A stretch of DNA of 64,000 bases, taken from NCBI GenBank assembly GCA_965219085.1, contig OZ244720.1, positions 3,136,001 to 3,200,000 on the forward strand, in the 5' to 3' direction. The DNA comes from Dehalococcoidia bacterium. GTDB lineage: Bacteria > Chloroflexota > Dehalococcoidia > UBA2979. Under the pieces are notes generated by a model. It saw nothing but the letters and a program-made list of their open reading frames with translations, made no database searches and had not been told where the DNA came from. The translations under genes and the position numbers were made by a program. Shown here piece by piece: positions 1 to 9,707 of the stretch. How positions within the stretch are numbered: the first letter of the stretch is position 1; every line of letters begins with the position of its first letter.

Positions 1-664
1 CGCACCCCGGTTCGCCGAAGTCAGTATGACGCCCCAACAGGCCCTCCGGAGCCGCGCGTTCTGGGCCATCTCGTTCGCCCACGCAGCCGCGCTGCTCGTG
101 GTCTCGGCGGTGATGGTGCACTTCGTCGCGCATGTCGAGGAGCAGCTCGGTTACTCTCGGGCCGAGGCCGCCTCGCTCATCACGCTGCTCACATTCATGG
201 TGATCATAGGCCAGGTGGCCGGGGGTTGGGCGGGTGACCGCCTCAACACGAGGGCGATCATCGCCGTGTGCCTGCTCGGCCACGGCACGGCGATGCTGCT
301 GCTCACCTTCGCAAGCTCCCTCTGGATGGTGGTGGGGTTCGCGGTGCTGCATGGCATCGCGTGGGGCGTCCGAGGCCCCGTGATTCTCTCGATGCGCGCC
401 GAGTACTTCGGGCCGCACTCCTTCGGCACGATCATGGGTTTCTCGTCGTTGATTGTGATGCTCGGGATGATCGTGGGGCCGATCTTCGCGGGCCTGGTCT
501 ACGACAACACGGGCTCGTACGAGATCGGCTTCACGCTGCTCGCGCTCATCGCCGGCGCCGGCTCGCTGCTGATGCTCTGGGCCGGGAGCCCACCACCCCG
601 TCCGGCGCGCCAGCCTGCGGGGGCATCGCTCGATGCCGCTGCGGGCGAGGCGCCTGCCGCGTAG
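1..664 (+). CDS. MFS transporter, C-terminal part (starts before window)
   Basis: Hydrophobic TM helices, motif GWAGDRLNTR, similar to the MFS at 8302-9678. Confidence 0.85.
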   Translation, partial: APRFAEVSMTPQQALRSRAFWAISFAHAAALLVVSAVMVHFVAHVEEQLGYSRAEAASLITLLTFMVIIGQVAGGWAGDRLNTRAIIAVCLLGHGTAMLLLTFASSLWMVVGFAVLHGIAWGVRGPVILSMRAEYFGPHSFGTIMGFSSLIVMLGMIVGPIFAGLVYDNTGSYEIGFTLLALIAGAGSLLMLWAGSPPPRPARQPAGASLDAAAGEAPAA

Positions 665-676
665 CCGCGCTCGCGC

Positions 677-1636
677 TTACCTTCGGCCCACTGCCGCGTC
701 GATCCGCGCCATCAACTCGCCGTCGAGGACGCCCCGCGCCTCTGCCTCGACGCACTCGCGCAACTCCTCGCGGTTCTTTACGCCGAGGACCACCGTCGAG
801 ACGCCCGGCATCGACAGCGCGTAGCGGTGTGCCAGGGCGGCCGGCGACTCGCCGACTGCGCGCGCGAGTGCGCGGAACGGGGCGGCGCGATGGAAGTCCA
901 CGGCGTCTCCGTGCCCCTCGGGCAGCTCGCGGTCGATCGCGTCGGTGAGCGCGCCCGCCTGCACGGCGCGGATACCCATCACGCCCACGCCGCGCTCGGC
1001 GGCTGTCGCGATGACCTCGCGGGGGCGTAACGCAGCGTCGAAGCGCCGGATCGCGCCGGCCGAGTCGAGGAGGTTCGCGATGCACTGCACCGCGCCCGGC
1101 GGTGAGTCGGACTCGAGCGCCGTGATCACGGCGCCGGGCACGCCGATGCCCGTGATGCCCCAGGCGCCCGCCATCCCCTCCGCCACCAAGCCCTCGAGTG
1201 CGGGCCGCACCGCCTCCCCGAAGAGCGTCAGCGGCGTCCCCGCGTAGCGGTCGGCGTCCGCATCCGCGACGAGCATGTTATGTACGATGAACACGTCGAC
1301 GCGCTCCAGTCGGAGCCGCTCGAGGCTCGCCGTCAGGCTGGACCTCAGCAGCTCCGCCACCTCGCCGGCGGGCGGGTTGTTGACCCGGCACTTGGTGGAG
1401 ACGAGCACGCCGTCCGGGAGCCGGCCGTCGAAGGCCACGCCGACCACGCGCTCGGCCTCACCGTCGCCGTAGCTGGGCGCGACGTCGAGCAGGTTGATGC
1501 CGAGCTCGATCGCCTCGCGCGTGGTCGCAACGGACTCCTCGCGGGTCGTCGGCCCCCACACCTGGCCAATCCCACCGCCGCCGAGTGAGAGGGCGCTGAC
1601 GTTGTATCCGAGGCTGCCGAAGGTGCGTTGTTCCAT
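677..1636 (-). CDS. Aldo/keto reductase
   Basis: LSLGGGG, LDVAPSYGDGEAE, VSTKC, SLERLRLERVD motifs. Confidence 0.9.
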   Translation of the reverse strand: MEQRTFGSLGYNVSALSLGGGGIGQVWGPTTREESVATTREAIELGINLLDVAPSYGDGEAERVVGVAFDGRLPDGVLVSTKCRVNNPPAGEVAELLRSSLTASLERLRLERVDVFIVHNMLVADADADRYAGTPLTLFGEAVRPALEGLVAEGMAGAWGITGIGVPGAVITALESDSPPGAVQCIANLLDSAGAIRRFDAALRPREVIATAAERGVGVMGIRAVQAGALTDAIDRELPEGHGDAVDFHRAAPFRALARAVGESPAALAHRYALSMPGVSTVVLGVKNREELRECVEAEARGVLDGELMARIDAAVGRR

Positions 1637-1850
1637 GGGCGCGAGCGTAGTCGCCGCCCGCGCGGCGCGGCAAGGAGCGCGCCCCCAGGGAGCGTGGTCA
1701 CGAGCCTCGACCCGGCGTCCGGAACCGCGCCGTCACGAGAGTGACCCTACCGGGCTCGGAGTGGCGCGCGCTCCACGGCTCGGTGTGCCGGCGTGACGGG
1801 GGTCGCCGACCGGGACGGCGCCACGGGACGCGGTGGGCGGGTGCTCTGTC

Positions 1851-2665
1851 CTACGTCATCGGAGCCCCAACATTCGATCTCGCGATCGTCGCGTAGCCCG
1901 CATGAGTGCAGGGCGCCCGCGGAGACGGAGCGGAATGCGCCTTGGGTGCGTCGGTCTGCCCCCTGTGGTCATCGCCCCAGCACTCGATGGCCCCATCGCT
2001 GTGCAACGCGCACGTGTGGTCCAGGCCGGCGGAGACCGCGAGGAAGGTCCCGGATGGTGCGGCGGCCTGCCCCTCGGAGTTGTCGCCCCAGGAAGTTCGA
2101 GCCCCAGCACTCGATCGCCTGGTCGCCGCGCAACCCGCAGCCATGATCCCACCCGGTCGCGACGGCGCTGAAGCCACTCGGGACGATGCTGTCGAGCGGC
2201 TGGCCATCCAGGTGCACGCCGCCGCTGTAGAGCCAGCGGCCAGCCGCCACGGTGGCCGGGAAGAGCCGGGGTCGCGGTAGGAGGCGATCGCTCCACTCGT
2301 CGCCGACCGCTGGTACAGCGCGAACTCGATCCGTCCGTCTCGTAGCGGTCGTGCGCTGATCCGCAGAGCGTGACCGGTCTCAAACGTCAGCTCGGAGCTG
2401 TGCAGCCAGCGGTTGACCGGGCGCTCACCGGGACGAAGCCGGCCCGCGGTAGCAACCGCGCGCCCCAGCCATCCGCGCCGCGAACCTGCAACGCCACCTC
2501 GGTGCGACCATCGGCGAGCCGTTGCGCTGCGATGCGTATCTCGACGACGCCGGAACCCGGCCCCGGCGCAGTCGCGTTGGCCGGTGAGCCCAGCATCAAT
2601 GCCGCAGTGGTCAGCGCGAAGCATGCAAGCGCGCACAGCGCGTGCGCTGAAAGCGGGATGCGCAT
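1851..2665 (-). pseudogene. Frameshifted secreted protein with two RIxARxLxDGRxEFAL domains and RCC1-like repeats
   Basis: Signal peptide in 2387-2665; repeats AVATGWDHGCGLRGDQAIECWG and AVSAGLDHTCALHSDGAIECWG lie in different frames. Confidence 0.7.
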
Positions 2666-2801
2666 CGACGTTCCCCAGGGCGAGGCTTCACGAAGCCGCA
2701 GCCCGGTTGGCAGGGTAGCAGTGCCAACGGCCGCGCATCGCCGGTCGGCGGCGCACTGCGGATTGCGATCAGGGGCGAGCGCTGGGGCGCCGGTAGCGTG
2801 C

Positions 2802-4079
2802 CTAACCCAGGGCGCCAGCCTCGCGCAGGGCGGCGATCTCGTCAGGCGTCAGGCCGTGCTCGGACAGCACCTCGTCGGTGTCGCCGCCGAGTCCTGGAGA
2901 TGGCCGGTCCGTGCCTGTCGGGGAGTTCGTCATGCGCAGGATCGGCCCGACCATGCGCTCGGGGCCCGTGAGCGGATGGTCGATGTCGATCATGTAGCCC
3001 ATCGCCTCGACCTGCGGGTCGTCGGCCATCTCCTCGGGGAAGTTCACCTTCGTGGCGGGCGCCCCCTGCGCGTCCATGCGCTCAATCCACTCGTCCATCG
3101 TCCTGGTGCGGAACAGCGCACGTACGCGATCCTGGAACGCGACCGCCTGGTCGTTCCAATCGGGATCGAGGGCGTCGAACTCGGGATCCTCCAGCGGGTC
3201 CTCGCCGGTGAGCCCGAGTGCCTCGCGGATCTGCGCCTGGTTGCGAAGCGTCAGCGCCCCGACCACGATCGCGCCGTCCTGCGCGACATACGTGCCGTAG
3301 TACGTGAGGAACGCCGTGCTGATGGCGCGACTGCCTTCGTGGATGTCGATCAGCTCCCGGTAGTTCGCGCCCGCCTGGCGCGCCTCCCTGAGCGCTTCCA
3401 GCATCGGCTGGACGGTGGTCGCGTCCTGGACCGGCATCCGCCCCACCGAGGCCCCCAGCAGTGAGAGCGCCGAGTTGAGCAGCGAGGTCTGGATGAACTC
3501 GCCCTGCCCAGTGATCTGCCTGCGGAACAGCGCGGCGCACACGCCCATGGCCATCGCCAGGCCGGTGCTCATGTCGCCGATGGCGATCGACATCATCTGC
3601 GGTGCGCCGTGCTCATCGAGCTTGTGGTTGTTCGCCATCACGCCCGAGTAGCCCTGCGAGACGACGTCGGAGCCCGAGCGCACCGCGCTTGGCCCCTCGG
3701 TGCCGAACCCCGTGCTGTCGACGTACACGAGATCCGGGCGGAACTGCCGCAGCGTGTCGTAGTCGACCCGCAGGCGGCCCGAGACGCCGGGGCGGGCGTT
3801 GATGATGAAGACGTCGTAGTCGGTGATGATGCGATGCACCAGCTCTTGCGCCTCGGGGCGCTGGAGGTTCAGCACGAGTCCGCGCTTACCGCGGTTCACG
3901 ACGTGGAAGAACTTCCCTTCACCGGGAACTATGGCGCCCAGGTTGCGCGTGTTGTCGCCCTCCGGCGACTCGACCTTGAGGACATCCGCCCCCAGGTCGG
4001 CGAGCATCATCCCGCCGTACGGCGCCGCCAGGATCTGCGACACCTCGAACACCTTGACGCCTTCGAGTGGACCGCCCAC
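2802..4079 (-). CDS. Family III (CaiB/BaiF) CoA-transferase
   Basis: PLEGVKV, LADLGADVLKVE, NRGKR, IGDMSTG; GTG start at 4079 inferred. Confidence 0.9.
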   Translation of the reverse strand: MGGPLEGVKVFEVSQILAAPYGGMMLADLGADVLKVESPEGDNTRNLGAIVPGEGKFFHVVNRGKRGLVLNLQRPEAQELVHRIITDYDVFIINARPGVSGRLRVDYDTLRQFRPDLVYVDSTGFGTEGPSAVRSGSDVVSQGYSGVMANNHKLDEHGAPQMMSIAIGDMSTGLAMAMGVCAALFRRQITGQGEFIQTSLLNSALSLLGASVGRMPVQDATTVQPMLEALREARQAGANYRELIDIHEGSRAISTAFLTYYGTYVAQDGAIVVGALTLRNQAQIREALGLTGEDPLEDPEFDALDPDWNDQAVAFQDRVRALFRTRTMDEWIERMDAQGAPATKVNFPEEMADDPQVEAMGYMIDIDHPLTGPERMVGPILRMTNSPTGTDRPSPGLGGDTDEVLSEHGLTPDEIAALREAGALG

Positions 4080-4146
4080 GAGGTAGCTCCCTGCAGCTGT
4101 ACGGGTGTACGGGTGCGGGCGCAGGAGCGCCCGCACCCTCAGCTTA

Positions 4147-5328
4147 CTAGGACTCGATGGGCGTGTCGGTGCGGTTGCCCCACTCGACCCAGGAGCCGTC
4201 GTAGACCTTCACGCTCTCGAAGCCCAGCAGCTCGGAGAGCACGAACCACGTGTGGGTCGCGCGCACGGCCGTCTGGCAGAGCGTGTAGATCGTCTTGTCG
4301 GAAACCACGCCCTCGCTGTCGTAGAGGGCGCGCAGCTCGTCGGCGGACAGGAACCGGCCGTCCTCGGCGAGGGCGCGGTCCCAGTTGACGTTCACAGCCT
4401 CGGGAATGTGGCCGCCACGGTCGGCGCGCACGTCACGACCGGCGTACTCCTCCGGCGATCGCGCGTCGCAGACCAGCGTCGAGGGGTCCTCGATGGACGC
4501 GACCACTTCTTGCCAGCCGGCGATCAGGTTCTCGTTCGGCGCGCCGCTGAAGGCGTAGTCCGCTGCCGTCGGCGAGGGCACGTCGGTGCTGACCGCACGG
4601 CCTTCCGCTTCCCAGAGCGGGAAGTCGCCGTCGAGCAGGCGCGCATCGCCGTGGCCGTAGACCGCGAGCACCCAGATGGCGCGCGATGCCCAGATGGAGC
4701 CACGGGCGTCGTAGAAGATGATCGTGTGGTCCGGCGTCGCGCCGATCGAGCCGAGCACTGCTGCCATGTCCTCCGGAGGCGGGATCAGGCCGGGCACGCC
4801 GTCGATCTCCTTCTGGAAGGAGCCACCGGCTGCGAGCCGGATCGCGCCGGGGATGTGGCCCGCGACGTAGGCGTCCTCACCACGCAGGTCGACCAGGATC
4901 ACCGCGTCGTTGTCGAGGTTCTCCTCGATCCACTGGGTGGTGACCAGCCGGTCGGTGCTGGCGTAGCCCCGGTCTTCGAGGCCCGTAACGGCCGGAACGC
5001 CCGTGTCGTCGGCGGCGTCGTCATCCGCCGCGGCGACAGTGTCGTCCGCGTCGGCGGCGTCGTCATCGGCTGCGGCGTCGTCATCGGCCGCGTCCGCGCC
5101 GTCGTCGGCCTCGGCCGCGTCGTCGGCGTCGTCATCAGCATCGTCGGCGGCGGTGGTGGCCAAGACGGCGGTGGCGACCGGAGCCTCGGTTGCGGCCGTG
5201 TCGTCATCGTCGTCGCCGCAGCCCGCGATGAGCGCAGAGCCTGCCAGTAGCATCAGCACCAGCAGCCCGGCGGCGCGGCCCAACAGGCCCCAGCCTCGCT
5301 TCTTCGTGGTTCGTTCCCTCGTATGCAT
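4147..5328 (-). CDS. Tandem-domain rhodanese/sulfurtransferase lipoprotein with Asp/Ala-rich linker
   Basis: Lipobox LIAGC, GHIPGA, active-site loop CQTAVRA, C-terminal YDGSWVEW. Confidence 0.9.
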   Translation of the reverse strand: MHTRERTTKKRGWGLLGRAAGLLVLMLLAGSALIAGCGDDDDDTAATEAPVATAVLATTAADDADDDADDAAEADDGADAADDDAAADDDAADADDTVAAADDDAADDTGVPAVTGLEDRGYASTDRLVTTQWIEENLDNDAVILVDLRGEDAYVAGHIPGAIRLAAGGSFQKEIDGVPGLIPPPEDMAAVLGSIGATPDHTIIFYDARGSIWASRAIWVLAVYGHGDARLLDGDFPLWEAEGRAVSTDVPSPTAADYAFSGAPNENLIAGWQEVVASIEDPSTLVCDARSPEEYAGRDVRADRGGHIPEAVNVNWDRALAEDGRFLSADELRALYDSEGVVSDKTIYTLCQTAVRATHTWFVLSELLGFESVKVYDGSWVEWGNRTDTPIES

Positions 5329-5365
5329 CAGGCACCTTTCCTTCGAACGCGGTTTCTCTGTCTGT

Positions 5366-5623
5366 CTAAGCCTCGACGTGCGCCTCGGCGTTGAAGATGC
5401 GGATCTCCCACTCGCCGGGGCGCCGCTCGGCGATCTCGCAGCCGTAGCCGCGCTTCATCGCCTCGGGCGGGATCGTCGACAGCGCGGGCGGGTGGTCCGT
5501 CCACACCCGCAGCTCCGGCACGCCGGGCCGCACGTCGTCGAGCTCCCGGTTGGTGCGCAGCATCGGGTACGGGCAGATCTCGCCCCGCACGTCGAGGACT
5601 GGCGCCTCGCTCTCGTTGGTCAT
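5366..5623 (-). CDS. TusA/YeeD-family sulfur carrier
   Basis: LDVRGEICPYP motif. Confidence 0.85.
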   Translation of the reverse strand: MTNESEAPVLDVRGEICPYPMLRTNRELDDVRPGVPELRVWTDHPPALSTIPPEAMKRGYGCEIAERRPGEWEIRIFNAEAHVEA

Positions 5624-5637
5624 GGAGTTCCCTCCTT

Positions 5638-5683
5638 GCTCCCCATTGGTGGGCTCCCTATTGGCGGGCTCCCTATTCGGTGG
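5638..5683. repeat. Three ~15-bp tandem repeats (gctcccYattggYgg)
   Basis: gctccccattggtgg / gctccctattggcgg / gctccctattcggtgg. Confidence 0.8.
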
Positions 5684-5930
5684 CCGCCACCGGGCGTACA
5701 CCCGGCGACAGCGTCATCTCGCGCACGCCCTCCGAGGGCGGCTCGAGCCGACATCGCACGCCCCGCTCGGCTGCGGCTGGCAGCACGTACGTGGCGACAA
5801 CGTCGAGGTCGGTGATGATCCGCACCGCTGTCCCCTCGGCGGCCTGCTCGACCGCGGCGTGCGCGCTCTGCATCTGCTCTGGCGGGGGCTTCCCGCGCAG
5901 GTCCAGCACCTCGACTGCTTCCCCACTCAT
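5673..5930 (-). CDS. TusA-like protein lacking the CPxP cysteine
   Basis: MSGEAVEVLDLRGKPPPEQM...VRIITD; ATGA overlap with the YeeE stop codon. Confidence 0.7.
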   Translation of the reverse strand: MSGEAVEVLDLRGKPPPEQMQSAHAAVEQAAEGTAVRIITDLDVVATYVLPAAAERGVRCRLEPPSEGVREMTLSPGVRPVAATE

Positions 5931-7180
5931 GGGAACCGCCGGATGAACGTGGTGCCACCGTACGCCCCGATCGCCAGCGCGATGGCGTAGATCCACCCGT
6001 TGAGCGCGAGCGACGGGATCGCGGAGAAGAACGCGCCGACCGTGCAGCCGAGGCCGAGCCCCGCCCCGTAGCCCATCACGAGCCCGCCGGCGAGCGACTG
6101 CACGTAGCGTCGCGGGCCGCGCGGCACGCGCAGCCGGAACTCGCGCGCCAGCAGTGCGGCGGTGAACGCCCCGGCGATGATGCCGATGTTGAGCATGAAC
6201 GCGTCGGTGAGCCACGTCCCCTCGACGAAGCGCGGGACGCAGCCGGGGATGTCGCTGATGCCCTTGAGCTCGCCGACGCCGGCGCCGAGGTTGTCCGCGA
6301 AGTCCACTGACCAGCGCGACAGCTCGCCGACGACACCGACGGGGCGGTAGCGGATGAACAGCAGGATGTTGACGGCCGCCAGCGCAATACCCCCGATGAC
6401 GGGCGTCCACTCGGCGCGGAAGACCTTCCGCGCGACCGCTCCCAGCGTCGTGTCCGACCCCGGAGCCGCCTGGGCGCCGCTCGCCCCCGGAATCACCGGG
6501 AGCGTGAAGTTCATACCCGCGAAGGCCCGTCGCTCCCACCACGAGACGGCGACGTAGGCGAGCCCGAGCAGCACGAACGTGATCACGACGGCGCCGGTGT
6601 AGTTGAGGTCCGTCGGCAGCCACGAGAGGCGATCCATGCTGATCTGGTTGTCCCACCACCAGTTCCACGTGCGCGCCATCGCGTAGAGCCCGACGAGCAC
6701 GCCGCCGATCGCGACCCACGAGCCGATGTAGCCCTCGCCCATGCGGTACAGCGAGCCGCTGACGCAGCCGCCCGAGAGCACCATCCCGAAGCCGAACATC
6801 ACGCCGCCGAGGACGGTCGCGATGCCGAGCGGGAGGATGTGCGCGTCGGAGGGGAGGACGCCCGAGCCGGGGTTGGGGACAACGGTCGCCATGATCATCG
6901 CGAAGCCCGCCGTCGCGACGGCGAGGCCGGCGATGATGCCTCGCATCATCCGTCCCTGGCGCATGAGGATCAGGTCGCGGAACCCGGCGACGAAGCAGAA
7001 GCGGCTGCGCTGACAGATCGCGCCGAAGGCGACGCCCGTCACCCAGAACACCGGCCATGCCGCGTCGGTGCGCAGCGCGAGCACGTACACGATCGCGAGC
7101 CCTGCCACGGCGAGGATGCCGGCGCCTGTGGAGCGGTCCATCGTGCGGACAGTTGTCAGCGACATCGGGAGGGCGCTCAT
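5927..7180 (-). CDS. YeeE/YedE-family thiosulfate/sulfur transporter
   Basis: QRSRFCF, GGCVSGSLYR, GLGCTVG conserved Cys motifs; many TM helices; start uncertain. Confidence 0.9.
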   Translation of the reverse strand: MSALPMSLTTVRTMDRSTGAGILAVAGLAIVYVLALRTDAAWPVFWVTGVAFGAICQRSRFCFVAGFRDLILMRQGRMMRGIIAGLAVATAGFAMIMATVVPNPGSGVLPSDAHILPLGIATVLGGVMFGFGMVLSGGCVSGSLYRMGEGYIGSWVAIGGVLVGLYAMARTWNWWWDNQISMDRLSWLPTDLNYTGAVVITFVLLGLAYVAVSWWERRAFAGMNFTLPVIPGASGAQAAPGSDTTLGAVARKVFRAEWTPVIGGIALAAVNILLFIRYRPVGVVGELSRWSVDFADNLGAGVGELKGISDIPGCVPRFVEGTWLTDAFMLNIGIIAGAFTAALLAREFRLRVPRGPRRYVQSLAGGLVMGYGAGLGLGCTVGAFFSAIPSLALNGWIYAIALAIGAYGGTTFIRRFP

Positions 7181-7195
7181 GCCCGCAATGTTCAC

Positions 7196-7220
7196 ATAAT
7201 TGAGTCGGCTACTCAACATC
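7196..7220. promoter_or_regulatory. Rrf2-family (IscR/CymR-like) operator
   Basis: ATAATTGAGT-CGGCT-ACTCAACATC palindrome, AT-rich, just upstream of yeeE. Confidence 0.55.
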
Positions 7221-7323
7221 TCTGGGTGATGGCGGTACAGGCAGGTGTGATGCGTCGCCAGCCTCTGTATCATCGCGACCGCAGGCGACAGCAGCAGCGG
7301 CCGGAAGGCCAGAGAGGGAACCT

Positions 7324-8145
7324 ATGCCACCGAACACAAACACCGTCCTGTACGAGAAGCGCGACCGTGTCGCGTGGGTGACGCTCAACCGCCCCGAGGC
7401 GATGAACTCGCTCAACCCGGAGATCAGCCTCGGCATCAAGGAGGCAGTCGACGAGGCGACCGCGGACGACGACGTGCTCGTGGTCGTTCTCATCGGCAAC
7501 GGCGGCCGCGCGTTCTGCGCGGGCATGGACCTGAAGTGGCGGGCCCAGGAGGACGCCGCGGGTGGGACCGACATGTCAGGGGATCAAGTGGGTCCTGGCA
7601 CCGGCCTGGACGCGGTCGGGGCCTGCCCGAAGCCGGTGATCGCGGCCATCGACGGCTACGCGCTGGCCGGCGGGATGCAGCTCACCAACCGCTGCGACAT
7701 GCGCATCGCAACGCGCAAGTCGCGGTTCGGGATGCCGGAAGCACGGCGAGCCCTCGCGGCCGTCGGCGGCGAGGACACGCCCGAGCTGTTCACGAGCGCC
7801 GGCGAGGCGGCGTGGATCCTCCTGACCGGCGGCCACATGACCGCCGAGCGCGCCTACCAGAACGGGCTCATCCAGGTCCTCGTCGAGGACCGCGACGAGC
7901 TGATCCAGGCGACCGAGGAGCTCGCGGGCGAGGTCAAGCTCTGCGCGCCGCTCGCGATCCGCGCGATCAAGGAAACGCTGCGCACGAAGCGCAACATGGC
8001 GGCGCCCAACCCCGGCCAGAAGCAGCTCGCAAAGCTGTCCGAGCTGACCGCCGATGTCAAGGAGATCAACAACAGCAGCGAAGACCGGCTCGAGGGACCG
8101 CTGGCGTTCGCCGAAAAGCGCGACCCGAACTGGAAGAACCGCTAA
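7324..8145 (+). CDS. Enoyl-CoA hydratase/isomerase
   Basis: TLNRPEAMN, AFCAGMDL, PKPVIAAIDGYALAGG. Confidence 0.9.
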   Translation: MPPNTNTVLYEKRDRVAWVTLNRPEAMNSLNPEISLGIKEAVDEATADDDVLVVVLIGNGGRAFCAGMDLKWRAQEDAAGGTDMSGDQVGPGTGLDAVGACPKPVIAAIDGYALAGGMQLTNRCDMRIATRKSRFGMPEARRALAAVGGEDTPELFTSAGEAAWILLTGGHMTAERAYQNGLIQVLVEDRDELIQATEELAGEVKLCAPLAIRAIKETLRTKRNMAAPNPGQKQLAKLSELTADVKEINNSSEDRLEGPLAFAEKRDPNWKNR

Positions 8146-8250
8146 CCGGAGGACCCGGCAGGAGCCAACCAGATTCCTTGCATGCAGCCATGCTGCATGC
8201 ATCCAGCGCGCGAGCCGGCTGCGGTTCGGCGTGCCGGGAGTAGAGCGAAC

Positions 8251-8276
8251 AGGAGCCCTCCGCACGGAGGGCTCCT
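8251..8276. terminator. GC-rich hairpin, probable terminator
   Basis: aggagccctccg-ca-cggagggctcct. Confidence 0.6.
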
Positions 8277-8301
8277 TCGCTACTACCCCTGAGATGAGCT
8301 G

Positions 8302-9678
8302 ATGGCCGTCACGCACGCGGGCATGGCCGAAATCGCCGAGGTCGCCGAGCGCGCGGCTGTCATCGCGCGCCGCGGGATCTTCTACGGCTGGTACATCGTC
8401 GCGGCCGGGGCCGGCACGAACTTCATCGTGATCGGCCTCGTCACGTTCAGCTTCGGCGTCTTTATCGGACCGATCCGCGACGAGCTTGGCTGGAGCGTCG
8501 CCGCGATCTCGCTCGGCGTCTCGCTGCGCAGCTTCGAGCAGGGCCTGCTCGCGCCGATCACCGGCATCCTCATCGACCGGCTTGGCCCGCGCCGCATGGC
8601 GATGACCGGGATCGTCTTCACCAGCATCGGGCTCGTGGTCTTCTCGCAGGCCCGCACGCTCGAGATCTACTACGCGTCGAGCCTGCTACTCGCCTTCGGC
8701 CAGAGCCTGGGCTCGCTGCAGCCGTTCTCGGCGGCCCTGATGTTCTGGTTCCAGCGCAAGCGCGGCCGCGCGATGGGCCTGCTCAACACGGGTAACGGCG
8801 CCGGCTACCTGATGACGCCGGGCGTCGCCATCCTCGTCACGCAGGTGGGCTGGCGCGAGACGCTGCTGATGGCCGCGGTGGTCGTGCTCTTCGCCGGCAT
8901 CCCGCTCGCGATGGTGCTGCGCAACCGCCCCGAGCCCTACGGCTACTCCGCCGACGGCGACGAGCCCGAGCCCGGCGAGGCCGGGGTGACGCCCGAGGCG
9001 AGCGGCATGACGGTCGGCGAGGGTCTCCGCACGCCGACGTTCTACCTGCTGGCCGTGTCCACGGCGCTCAGCGGCGGGGTGATCATCTCCTGGATCGTCC
9101 ACCAGATACCGCACCTGGAGAGCGTCGGGTTCTCGCTCAGCGGCGCGGCGACCATCGCCGGCATCTACGGCGCGTGCCAGCTCGCGCTCCGACCGCTCGT
9201 CGGGTGGATGGGCGACCGCTTCGGGCGCGTGGGAATGTACTCGCTCGCGTTCGTGGCGCAGGGCGTGGGCATGGTCATCTTCGCGAACATGACCTCGGAC
9301 CGGCTGTGGCTGCTGCCGTTCTATTACGCCACCTTCGCGTTCGGGAACTCGACGTGGATCGTGCTGCAGATGACGCTCGTCGCTGACTACTTCGGGCCGA
9401 GGCGGTTCGCCACGCTGCGCGGGTTTGCCTCCTCGCTCAACATGCCGGTCGGCATCATCTCGCCGTTCCTCGCCGGCTACATCTTCGACCAGACCGGGAG
9501 CTACCGGGAGATCTTCATGATCTACGCGGCGCTCGCCGCCTGCGGTTCGGTCATGATCCTGATGATCCGCCGCCCGTTCTGGGCCGACGTGGTGCGCCAG
9601 CGCGAGGAGGCGGCAGCCGCCGCGCGCGCCGCACAGGGTGCGGGGCCGTCCCCCGGACGCATACAATCGCGGCCCTGA
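8302..9678 (+). CDS. MFS transporter
   Basis: FYGWYIV, GILIDRLGPRR, multi-TM pattern. Confidence 0.9.
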   Translation: MAVTHAGMAEIAEVAERAAVIARRGIFYGWYIVAAGAGTNFIVIGLVTFSFGVFIGPIRDELGWSVAAISLGVSLRSFEQGLLAPITGILIDRLGPRRMAMTGIVFTSIGLVVFSQARTLEIYYASSLLLAFGQSLGSLQPFSAALMFWFQRKRGRAMGLLNTGNGAGYLMTPGVAILVTQVGWRETLLMAAVVVLFAGIPLAMVLRNRPEPYGYSADGDEPEPGEAGVTPEASGMTVGEGLRTPTFYLLAVSTALSGGVIISWIVHQIPHLESVGFSLSGAATIAGIYGACQLALRPLVGWMGDRFGRVGMYSLAFVAQGVGMVIFANMTSDRLWLLPFYYATFAFGNSTWIVLQMTLVADYFGPRRFATLRGFASSLNMPVGIISPFLAGYIFDQTGSYREIFMIYAALAACGSVMILMIRRPFWADVVRQREEAAAAARAAQGAGPSPGRIQSRP

Positions 9679-9707
9679 TAACGGTCGCAGATAGGCTGGA
9701 GCGACTC

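Noticed and set aside
5003-5220. Repetitive gcgtcgtc-rich tract as a possible CRISPR or ncRNA array
   Set aside because: It encodes the Asp/Ala linker of the rhodanese lipoprotein; there is no repeat-spacer structure.
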